Positions 1 through 10,890 of a stretch of DNA of 64,000 nt are shown here, piece after piece. The position numbers and the translations under genes were made by a program. The stretch comes from Nitrospirales bacterium (GTDB lineage: Bacteria; Nitrospirota; Nitrospiria; Nitrospirales; UBA8639), in NCBI GenBank assembly GCA_965203295.1, contig CBDBCZ010000017.1:576001-640000 (forward strand), given 5' to 3'. The first letter of the stretch is position 1. Every line of letters starts with the position of its first letter. The notes under the pieces are model-generated. The model was not told the origin of the DNA. It saw only the letters and a program-made list of their open reading frames with translations, and made no database searches.

Positions 1-124
1 CCCCAGGAACGTCACTTACCATTGTATTTTCTCCATTTAGTGCCTACTTTTATTCCCCATTAATCGTAATGGTAAAGGGTCCATTAAGGTACATGTATAC
101 TCAAACCTCGTTAACGTCACTCAC

Positions 125-3100
125 CATTGTAAGGGGTCGGTCCGCGCACGTGCGAAGAGAAAGTGATGGTGTGGCGTGGAATCCGAACTTTGAAGGAGAG
201 ACGCCGCTTCCGCTTGCGCTGGGTAGAGGCAGAATTGGAACCAGACTCTCTTCTCTGCGGCGCATGTTGCTGACTCGGCAGAGAGGCCAGTGGCTTGGCC
301 GGGCGACCGTCTCCGCTACCCTCGGCCGAAATGGAATCAGCGTCGAAGCTGTCGGCGGCCGGAAAGGGAAAACACGGCTTAATATCCGGGGGGACATCTT
401 CGTTCTCAACGTCAAGAAGCATGGATGACGGACGACTTGTCGTGGGAGAAATTGGAGCAGGGATCTTCTCCGCCCGAACGACCAGCTGCGGGAACTTGTG
501 TCCCTTGAGGCCAAGACGGACTGATTTTGGGACCGGCGGGGGGGAGAGGGGCTCGAGGTGCCGCTGGAGGTGCCTCTGTAGAGCTTCCACAGAGGCAAAG
601 GAGAGGTTACAGCCGTTCATGAAGCAGCGGTGGGGGCGCTCCTTGGTGTGGGACTGCTGCACGTGCTTCCGGAGCCAGTAGAAGGAGGAGCTGGGGACGT
701 TGTACACCTGCCATTGGATAATAAACAGCTATTATACATTGTACACTCATAGTACAATGTATGTACCACTATGTATAGTATGTCCTATTTCATGGCAAAC
801 TGTCCAATATCCAGTGATATTGGACAGTTTGATGAGCTGGGAACGTTGTACATGTACATGTACACCTGCAATTGGATGATAAAACAGCTGTTATTGTACA
901 CTCATAGTACCACTACGTTAGCCTCGTACCCAGGCCTTCCCCGCTTATTTTCGCGAGTGCGGGGAAGGCCTGGGTACGAGGCTACCACTATGTATGGTAT
1001 TTCCTATAATAATATGGCAAATTGCCCACTATATATATAGTGATATTGGACGGCTTGACAAACATTCCATTTAGGTTAAACCTAGCTTCCCCACCACTGC
1101 ATGAACCACCCAAAGTCGCTCATAATTAAGCTCCTGCCTTTGCGGAATGAAATAAAGCATGGCCGTTAAAGTGCATGTATAACACTTTACCTTCGTGGAA
1201 TTGAATAAGTAATATATGGCTAATAAACAAAAATAACTAGCACTCTCTGGTTTCTCCTAGACTGGGCTTTGTATGTTTGTGTATGTAGTTCCCAAACCAG
1301 TATTGACTACGTATTACACTGTAGTTGTCAACCCTGTGAATATTGGCAGTCAGGGATATATGAATCATGGCCAGGAGGTGTATTATATATCAGTGATATA
1401 CATGTACCACCTGCTGTGGGTACTCAGGTTTTTGGCAATATACCCCTCAGGCCTGCGGCCCTCATGGTATATTGCCAAAAACCTCCAAACACCAGTAGGC
1501 GGTATAGCAATAATTGGACATGGCTTACTTATGATGTCAAATTTTGGTGAGGTGTACATGTATATCCTCCTGCCATTTCCATAGCAACATGGTATATAGC
1601 CTATATATATGGCGTTATTCCATTCCATGATGGTGTTACACTGCAGTGAAGTATCGGATGTTTGCTTCTCATGCTTAATAGGCTGGAGCATTAATTACCA
1701 CTACTGGCCCTAGACACTGTGTCTCCTTTCTCATAAGTGTACTTGTGACTATCAGTTATTTTTTTTAAAGATGAGCTGCCCTCCCCCTGCATTCCAGCTG
1801 GCATACTCCAGCCTCCTTGTGTGGTTTTGAGATGGCCTCATTCCTAGGTGTGTGCTGTATTCTGTTCCACAAAGGTAGAGTGTAGTTTTACCTCTGTGGA
1901 ACCGCTTACAAATGCATCGACCAGCCATCATTATGTAATCATTACATAACAAGAGAGCATAAATACTCCATTTACATGTATGCACTTTTGTTATGTAATA
2001 ACAGCGGCTACAAAGCAACTAAAGATGGTATCACTAAACACATTTACATATTAAGTTAACACCCTCATTATACATGTAGACTGTATACCCTGAGGCTAGA
2101 TTCCTAGAGATGTAAACAAGTTAATAAGGGGACAATCTCCTGTGAAGCACCTGGGGGGATGCCTGGGGGTGGAAGTCTGAAGTTCAAGGGGGGGCCAGTG
2201 GGTACCATCTATTGCTGCCTGACAAAAACTAATCTGCCTAATACATGTACATGTAGCACTTAGTTTGGGTGTACATGGGTGTAGCACATTCATTATGTTT
2301 AGGAGATGGGGGGGAGAGGCCTAATGAGAGAGTAGTTACAGGTGGAATTGGCTGGGTCCTACTGGCAAGTGCTAATAGCGGGTTTAGTGGCTATATTTAA
2401 AGCTTGCCTACTGCTCCTCTGCCAATTAAGAGGCTCCAGTAGCTCAGTGGTGTAAGTATAAGTGCATCTTACTATAGTATTCAGAAGGTCCTGAGTTCAA
2501 TCCCCAGCTGGGTCCAATTTTTTTTTCCCGGGATTTCTTTACTCTTTCAGAGATCTTATCATCTCTTGAAGAGTTTGTAATGTAGCACGTTTCTCGTGTT
2601 TAGATGGGGGAGAGGCCTATAATGAGAGCATAATTACAGTTGGAATTGGCTGGGTCCTACTGGCAAGTGCTACTAGCGGGTTTAGTGGCTATATAAAGCT
2701 TGCCTACTGCTCCTCTGCCAAGGGGCTCCAGTAGCTCAGTTGGTAAGAGCATATGACTAGTATTCAGAAGGTCCTGGGTTCAATCCCCCCGTTTTTTTCT
2801 TTTTCAGGATTTCTTTACTCTTTCAGAAAGCTTATCATCACTTAAAAGAGTTTGTAATATATACATACTTGCATGTATAGTGCATTACTTAACTAGTGTG
2901 TTAATGACAGGAGAGTTACTTATTGATGAGCTGTGGGGTGCATATGCTAGAAAACCAGGGGCAACGAGACTATTCCAAGCCATGCATCGCCCGCCCGTAC
3001 AGCGTACCTTCCACCCCTCCTTCACACCCCGCCCGTACAGCGTACCTTCTACCCCTCCCTCACACCTCTCCCGTACAGCGTACCTTCCACCCCTCCCTCA

Positions 3101-5699
3101 CACCCCTCCCTCACAGCATACCTTACACCCCTCCCTTACACCCCTCCCTCACACCCCTCCCGTACAGCGTACCTTCCACTCCTCCCTCACACCCCTCCCG
3201 TACAGCGTACCTTCCACCCCTCCCTCGCACCCTCCCGTACAGCGTACCTTCCACCCCTCCCTCACACCCCTCCCATACAGTGGTTACTGTAGTACAAGCA
3301 TGAGTTACTGTCAGAAGATGTCAGCTGTCAACTTAGTTAGCACCCGTGTGGTTAATTATCACTCCGCATTTAACATTCCTGAGCTTCATGCAGTAGTAGG
3401 TCAATGCGCCAGACCCACTTTCGTGGCGAGATACTGTAAGCGATCCTTAGCCTTGATTGTGGGGCTGGGAATGAGACTACACCCCTCCCTCACACCCCTC
3501 CCGTACAGCGTACCTTACACCCCTCCCTCACACCCCTCCCTAGCGGCACTGACCTTACACCCCTCCCTTACACTCCTCCCTTACACCCCGCCCTTACACC
3601 CCTCACTAGCGGCACTGACCTTACACCCCTCCCTCACACCCCTCCCGTACAGCGTACCTTACACCCCGCCCTCACACCCCTCCCTAGCGGCACTGACCTT
3701 ACACCCCGCCCTTACACTCCTCCCTTACACCCCTCCCTTACACCCCTCACTAGCGGCACTGCATGACCTTACACCCCTCCCTCACACCCCTCCCGTACAG
3801 CGTACCTTCCACTCCTCCCTCACACCCCTCCTGTACAGCGTACCTTACACCCCTCCCTCACACCTCTCCCGTACAGCGTACCTTACACCCCTCCCTCACA
3901 CCCCTCCCGTACAGCGTACCTTACACCCCTCCCTCACACCTCTCCCGTACAGCGTACCTTACACCCCTCCCTCACACCCCTCCCGTACAGCGTACCTTAC
4001 ACCCCTCCCTCACACCTCTCCCGTACAGCGTACCTTACACCCCTCCCTCGCACCCTCCCGTACAGCGTACCTTACACCCCTCCCTCACACCCCTCCCGTA
4101 CAGCGTACCTTCCACCCTCCCTCACAGCATACCTTACACCCCTCCCTTACACCCCTCCCTCACACCCCTCCCGTACAGCGTACCTTCCACTCCTCCCTCA
4201 CACCCCTCCCGTACAGCGTACCTTCCACCCCTCCCTCGCACCCTCCCGTACAGCGTACCTTCCACTCCTCCCTCACACCCCTCCCGTACAGCGTACCTTA
4301 CACCCCTCCCTCACACCCCTCCCGTACAGCGTACCCTACACCCCTTCCTCACACCCCTCCCGTACAGCGTACCTTACACCCCTCCCTCACACCCCTCCCG
4401 TACAGCGTACCTTCCACCCCTCCCTTACACTCCTCCCTTACACCCCTCCCTCACACCCCTCCCTAGCGGCACTGACCTTACACCCCTCCCTTACACTCCT
4501 CCCTTACACCCCTCCCTCACACCCCTCCCTAGCGGCACTGCATGACCTTACACCCCTCCCTTACACCCCACCCTTACACCCCTCACTAGCGGCACTGACC
4601 TTACACCCCTCCCTCACACCCCTCCGTACAGCGTACCTTCCACTCCTCCCTCACACCCCTCCTGTACAGCGTACCTTACACCCCTCCCTCACACCTCTCC
4701 CGTACAGCGTACCTTACACCCCTCCCTCACACCCCTCCCGTACAGCGTACCTTACACCCCTCCCTCACACCTCTCCCGTACAGCGTACCTTACACCCCTC
4801 CCTCACACCCCTCCCGTACAGCGTACCTTACACCCCTCCCTTACACCTCTCCCGTACAGCGTACCTTACACCCCTCCCTCACACCCCTCCCGTACAGCGT
4901 ACCTTACACCCCTCCCTCACACCTCTCCCGTACAGCGTACCTTACACCCCTCCCTCGCACCCTCCCGTACAGCGTACCTTACACCCCTCCCTCACACCCC
5001 TCCCGTACAGCGTACCTTCCACCCCTCCCTCACACCCCTCCCGTACAGCGTACCTTCCACCCTCCCTCACAGCATACCTTACACCCCTCCCTTACACCCC
5101 TCCCTCACACCCCTCCCGTACAGCGTACCTTCCACTCCTCCCTCACACCCCTCCCGTACAGCGTACCTTACACCCCCCCCTCACACCCCTCCTGTACAGC
5201 GTACCCTACACCCCTCCCTCACACCCCTCCCGTACAGCGTACCTTACACCCCTCCCTCACACCCCTCCCGTACAGCGTACCTTCCACCCCTCCCTCACAA
5301 CCCTCCCTTACACTCCTCCCTTACACTCCTCCCTTACACCCCTCACTAGTGGCACTGACCTTACACCCCTCCCTTACACTCCTCCCTTACACTCCTCCCT
5401 TACACCCCTCACTAGTGGCACTGACCTTACACCCCTCCCTCACACCCCTCCCGTACAGCGTACCTTACACCCCTCCCTCACACCCCTCCCGTACAGCGTA
5501 CCTTACACCCCTCACTAGCGGCACTGACCTTACACCCCTCCCAGAGGCAGATGACGATGTCCTGGTCCTCAAAGGCGGCCAGGTGGTTCCGGCTGACGTG
5601 CTCCCCGAGGTCATCGGCCGAGGTGAAGGTCTCGATGCCCAGGATGGGGCACCCGGACCACAGGCAGGCCAGCGGGTGTCGGAGTGGCTTCCGAGCCAT
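125..5699 (-). CDS. AEBP2: AEBP2/jing-like C2H2 zinc-finger protein (PRC2 accessory subunit), 5' part; the gene continues past the left edge
   Basis: Exon 5699-5529 (ATG, MARKPLRHPLACLWSGC...SADDLGEHVSRNH...VICLWEGCK) joins through a phase-0 GT-AG intron to exon 707-125 (VYNVPSSSFYWLRKHVQQSHTKERPHRCFMNGCNLSFASVEALQRHLQRH...). CLWxGCKVYNxPS, F.S..DL..H and CN.SFAS match the three AEBP2 fingers, followed by a basic RKRKRR stretch. Confidence 0.8.
919..984. mobile_element. Short palindromic MITE with TAGCCTCG...CGAGGCTA ends and a 9-bp TSD
   Basis: Near-perfect inverted repeat. Flanks are ccactacgt (910-918) and ccactatgt (985-993). The local duplicate near 763-780 shows the empty site. Confidence 0.75.
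1416..1495. repeat. Imperfect palindromic repeat
   Basis: ggtttttggcaatatacc ... ggtatattgccaaaaacc arms around a GC-rich centre (cctcaggcctgcggccctc). Confidence 0.5.
2300..2580 (+). mobile_element. Interspersed repeat with a degenerate tRNA-Thr(AGT)-like cassette (2432-2515), copy 1
   Basis: A-box-like TAGCTCAGTGG and B-box-like GAGTTCAATCC, with small insertions disrupting the cloverleaf. Homologous to 2600-2856 and 11030-11293. Confidence 0.6.
2600..2856 (+). mobile_element. Interspersed repeat with a tRNA-Thr(AGT)-like cassette (2724-2790), copy 2; tRNA pseudogene or SINE-like
   Basis: GGCTCCAGTAGCTCAGTTGGTAAGAGCA-TATGA-CTAGTAT-TCAGA-AGGTCCTGGGTTCAATCCC. The 3' acceptor strand is missing. 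Confidence 0.6.
2993..5540. repeat. Intronic minisatellite of ~38-bp units made of 13-bp (t/c)acacccctccc subunits, interrupted at ~3281-3478
   Basis: Dozens of copies of gtacagcgtaccttacacccctccctcacacccctccc and tagcggcactgaccttacacccctccc. Confidence 0.95.
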
Positions 5700-5936
5700 G
5701 AGACTGAGAGAGGCAGGGTGTGTGTGTGTTGAAACTAAAAACATAAAGTGTTTATTAGGAGCTTACATGTAGATACAGTGGTCAAAAGCCAACGGCCGAA
5801 AATCAGCGTGGTCAATGGTACAACCGCTGAAAAGAGCTGGTCAAAATCTTTGACCTATGGTCACAGTTGTAAGTACAAAGTCTATGGGAGTGCTTCCCCC
5901 CCCCCCCCCCCCACTCCCTTGTCAATGGCCCTATCC

Positions 5937-6044
5937 TAGCCTCGTTCCCAATCCTTCCCACCCCAGCTTTTTCTCCACAGCTCCAGCGTTTTCTCCACGG
6001 CTGCGAGATAAAAGCTGGGGTGGGAAGGACTGGGAACAAGGCTA
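5937..6044. mobile_element. TAGCCTCG-family palindromic MITE with a 9-bp TSD
   Basis: TIR tagcctcgttcccaatccttcccaccccagctttt / aaaagctggggtgggaaggactgggaacaaggcta. Flanks are gccctatcc and gccctaccc. Confidence 0.75.
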
Positions 6045-6594
6045 GCCCTACCCCAGCCCTAACTCTAAATAAACTCAACTGCATGAACTGTTGGATTACT
6101 CTTTGCTTTATCTACGGCTTCACACTACTTCTGCATCATACTCCACACAATGGCTACTCTGCCACGGTAACTTACACAAGGATCCGTCTACAGGCACGTC
6201 AATGCTGCATTAAAATGTGGCCAGAAAATGAGGCTCCCCTGTAGTTGTGTTTGTTCTATTTAATGCACATTAATGTCAATACCATGATGTCATAGTCCTG
6301 TGCGCACGTGCCCAGGTCTGGGCACGTGCACTTGCGTACCATGCATAACGTTCCTTGTCTCGCGCGCGCCCAGGTCGACCCGAGCTGCACACGCGACAGA
6401 CTGCAGTGTAAACGATGTCACGTCCAAGGTCGTGTACGCAGTTCATGTACTTTATATCATAAGGTACGTAGTCTATAATATCTATAGTTTAATATTGGTA
6501 GGTTCATGCATGCCGGAAGTACATCACTTAAAGGTATTAAAGGTGAGTTGCTGCAGTATTGCTCAATTCGAAGCTAGTGAAATTTAGAGCAGCT

Positions 6595-9500
6595 ATGGAA
6601 TTGCTACTGTGTTTCATGCTGGGGCTGCTAGCAACGTCTATAGGAGGTGAGCAACAACTATTTTCTGCACACCAATCTGCAGAACCTATCACTGTGATTT
6701 AGGTAGTGTGCATGTAAGCTTACGTGTAGTACAGTTTATCCTGCTAGTTAATATCGCAAGGAATCCTTCATGGTGTATTTTACTGTGCACATAATAGCAG
6801 CATTAAAAAAATACAGCAGTGTAAAGCATATCTTTACTACGTTAAAATGCCATAACTGTCTACATGTATAATATTTAGACTTGTTGAACTCGCTCGCTGC
6901 GCTTGATGTGGTCTGAATGTGATTTGATATATATGGAACATTTAGCACCTTCCAGTGGCAGATAGTAGTGCTGCTGACAGATCCCGGCCTGAGCCACTTG
7001 GAGGCAGTGTAGGCACGCTAGGATTACAGTGTAATGATTATAGTGTAATCATAGCGTGCCTATTATCATTACAGGCTAGCTCTTCACAGCCATGGCCTAG
7101 CGTACATAAAAAACACTAGATATTGCAAAAACATATTACAAGCACACTCACATCATTTTCTCTTCTCTCACCTTCCTCTCTCTGCCTTACATAATATTCC
7201 TACAGCTTTTTACTACCATTTTTTTGTACATTGTACTGTCTCATAGGCCATTCTTGGCCTGCTGCCCCTGTGGTGTGACGTAAAAATGTTTATCTGTCTA
7301 ATGGCACTGATTTAATGCAGCTCAGCATGGCTACTTGTATGTTCATACATAATCACGTAATAAGCATGAATGGTTACAATTATTATAAATGTGCACACTA
7401 CGTTTTCTTTTTGTGGCCGAAGTGTAGCTAATTGGGCTGTGTAATCTCTATGTGATAATGGTATGGAACGAGTATAGCATTTGCCAGCGGCAGTATAGTG
7501 CTGCTAACTGATTCCAGCCGGAAGCAGTGACTCAGAGGAGAGACTACAAACAACTGCTAGACCATATACAGGACCTTATAGCTCTACTTGGCTTTTACTT
7601 ACAGGACTATATTGCAGCTAACATTCGTCATCGTAAGACTACATGTACGTCTTGTAGTGATTCGCTGGCCCAGAGCATCATCTCGCACTCACACGTGTTA
7701 CTTTGACCTGTAACGCTGAACTTCCGCGGCGGTCAAAGTACTGTACATCCGGGATGGGAGCTCGTGCATGCGGCTTTCGTTTCTGTTTTTTTTTTTTTAC
7801 ATGTGCGCAGAGACAGACAGATAAGGAAATTCCAACTCGCTCAGCTCATCCCGTTTGATCATAAACTACCATGTTTGCCATGTATTAATTAGCAAACATG
7901 CATGTACATGTACATGTGTGATGATGATCACAGTATACAGGTGGTTGTAACCATACATAATGATTTAGGTCATGCTGCTAGCGTATAAAACTCTCCCCCC
8001 TATAAAACTTGGATTGTGAGCAGGAAATGAACAGAGGAGTACTGTTTTATTTATTTCACGAGCTAAAATAACACAATTACTCAAATTAACAATGTATCTT
8101 ATACTTCTCCTGTGCAGTACTTGCTCAGAGCGACTGTCTTCAAAATCTTCCTCCATTTTTTGGTCGACTTAATAGACCTCGTCTACCAAATAGAATCCAG
8201 GCTATTGTACCCAACTATACATTTGGTTGTCATGGAAGGGTGTTTCGTTGGGGAGCATGTGTGGAGCCTGGAGGTCGTAATCAACAATACATTCTCAACT
8301 TCCAAGTTTGGAGACTACAGAAATCCGGGCAAGAGTCATTTTTTTCTTTGATTGGATCAAACTTTGGGCAAAATTTAAGGCCCACCAGCAGATGTGTAAT
8401 ACTGGATGTGTCAGAAAATGATTGGATTGAAGTAGAACCTGGAGATGTTGTCGGCTTTTACTCTGAGCACATTTCCCAAAGAGGAAGTGGAGGAGGTGTG
8501 GCAGTTGACAGTAGTTCAGTTGGAGTTACTACTTGGTATAGAGAAGAAGTGTTTACATGTCAGGATTCACTTAACAATGCCTGTAGACTTTCCATTGGTC
8601 CAGCAGGGGACTTGCAATCATCAGAAAGAGATGGAGCTCCGATTATAACAGCTGCAGTTGGTAGGTAAAAACTGTAGCCCCCACTGTTCTATAGACATGA
8701 AATATACAAGGTAGTACACTGTGAAGAAAAGCATTTATCCCTTGCTATTAATATAATATTACATGGTATCGTAATATTAACATCTGTAGTTAATTGGCAC
8801 ACATTTAATTTATCTTGATTCAGAAGTTGAAGGCAGGATCATAGTATTTGAAAACATTGTTACAGTGATTCAATTGCTCATGCGCCTGCACTGCTTATAA
8901 TTTTGCTACTTTATTTCTATAGAGGTCTTAGTACCGCCAGTACCCACTACAGTTGCTGCCACACCCACAAACAGGGTAACATCCAACACACACATTGTTA
9001 CAGTAATGGCATCATCTACAGTATCTGGATCTACAAGTGTGGCTGCAGATGACATGGTACAAACACCAACAGCAATACCACTTTCAGAATCAGTCACTGT
9101 GCCGACATCAGAGAGCATTCTACAGCCATCATCCAACTTACATGCTATTATACAAACATCTCTTCAGAGTATTGCTGAAACACCTACAGTTGGTAAGGGC
9201 TTATTGCACAGATTGCATTATAAACGTATATTGCAATACGAGAATCGTTACCTCAATGACATAGTGATTGTGTATTTTATAGAATTCAATTAACATTATG
9301 GAATTATGTTAATCCAGCACCCAAGGTAGGGTGAGTGTGTTGTGGAAAAGACTTGAATAGCAATTTTAAATTAAAAGAATTTCCAAAAAAGACGTTGTAA
9401 ATGTGTAAAAAGTGCTTGAAGTGGAACAACCTATATATATCTCTGTAAAATACTTGAAATATGGCATATACTATGCATTTAATTGCTTGAATGTAGCAAT

Positions 9501-9993
9501 GTACAAATCAATCCAAAATATAATGATTGAGTATTCACTGCCTATTGAATCTTCTGTTCTAGTGGTAAACTCCACACAGGATGAACTAGCGATAGGTACA
9601 ATCATTGGAGGAGCAGTGGCCGGGCTTGTGGTAGCGATTCTTGCCACATTGATAGCCGTTTGGACAATTTTGTTTGTCAGAAGACGACAAATGACTACAG
9701 CCCATATCAGCCGGGAACCCCAACCAGAGGTATCTACTCGAAAAAGAGCCCTAACTCGGCCAATTTATGGTGATCGTGAACTTGCTAGTGATGCCACTAG
9801 CATAAGAAATGAAGATAACATCAAGGTGTCTCATAATGCATCCTATATTACAAACACCGCTGCCATCCCCATTTCCCAAAATGAGGCTTACGGAACACTG
9901 CAAACAGATGATAGTAGAGAGCATGGTTTTGACTCTAAAAAGCACCCTTCTGTTTACTATGACTATGTTGACAGTAAGACAGGCAGACATTGA
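6595..9993 (+). CDS. Receptor gene 1: kinase-less type-I membrane protein (signal peptide, unassigned Cys module, Ser/Thr stalk, TM, Tyr-motif tail)
   Basis: Exons 6595-6646 ([17 protein letters not shown]), 8118-8660, 8923-9192 and 9563-9993, all joined by phase-1 GT-AG introns with an open frame. TM is IGTIIGGAVAGLVVAILATLIAVWTILFV-RRR. The tail contains NASY, NEAYGTL and YYDYV. Confidence 0.8.
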
Positions 9994-10890
9994 CATTGAG
10001 ATACAGAAGAGCGACACTGTAGAACCTAGTTGAATGTGCATGACATTGTAACTCTAATATAGCATACCGCTTCACTATCATGCATGTGGCTGGTGGTGGA
10101 GCAGTATTGTGTCTCTAAAATATTTCAGGAACTTGTATCAACATATTATGTACGTGCGATTTGCTACACATGTACAGCTGCCTATAATCTAAGCTATTAT
10201 GTATGCATACAGTGAACTTCCACTATTCTTTGTAAGCTTGTTAATAGCTAGTCTCTTTACTTAATTAAACAGTCCTACCATGGAATGAAAAGCCATGTTC
10301 TGCTATCAATACTTTCTTTTACTGCTGTATGTGTGCGTCACGGATGTGACGTCACCTAATAGAACGCGATTATTGTGCGAGTATATGATATTACGTGACC
10401 GCCAATTTTCAACACTGAGACTGACGCTGAGATCGGAATGTGTATTTGCATGTGGCTAAATCAAAAGCTCTTCTGACATTGGCAGATGCTAAAACGTTCC
10501 ATGCAAATCACATGGAGGCGACTTTTCATTTCTATCCGTACAGAGCGAGCGCGCAAAGTGAGCTAGCCTCGTTCCCAGCCTCCGCACAGCTTTTGTCACT
10601 TGCAGTCTACGCTTCCGCTAAGTGAACGGGAACGGGAGATTACTGAGGCTCTCAGACTCAGTTATATCTAGATCTATGCCCTACTCCACATGGGACATGC
10701 ACGCACGCAACACGGCCTCTGACATCATTATGATGTCAACACCATAATGACGTCAGAGGTCGTGCGGTCGGTCGTAGCCATAGTTTAGCATCTGAAGGTT
10801 CATGCATGCCGGAAGTATACAGATCACGTAAAAGTGAGGCTAAGTGCTGCAGTATCGCTCAAATCCAAGCTAGTGAAATTTACAGCAGCT

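Noticed and set aside
69..681. Plus-strand ORFs 69-428 and 295-681
   Set aside because: They are antisense shadows of the GC-rich AEBP2-like exon.
2724..2790. Functional tRNA-Thr gene
   Set aside because: The acceptor stem 3' strand is missing and the other two copies carry insertions, so it is treated as a repeat or pseudogene.
2880..4545. 528-aa and 260-aa Pro/His/Thr-rich ORFs on the + strand
   Set aside because: They are translations of the C-rich minisatellite, which rarely contains stops, and lie antisense inside an intron.
2993..5540. Possible CRISPR array
   Set aside because: Repeats are contiguous with no unique spacers, there are no cas genes, and the context is eukaryotic.
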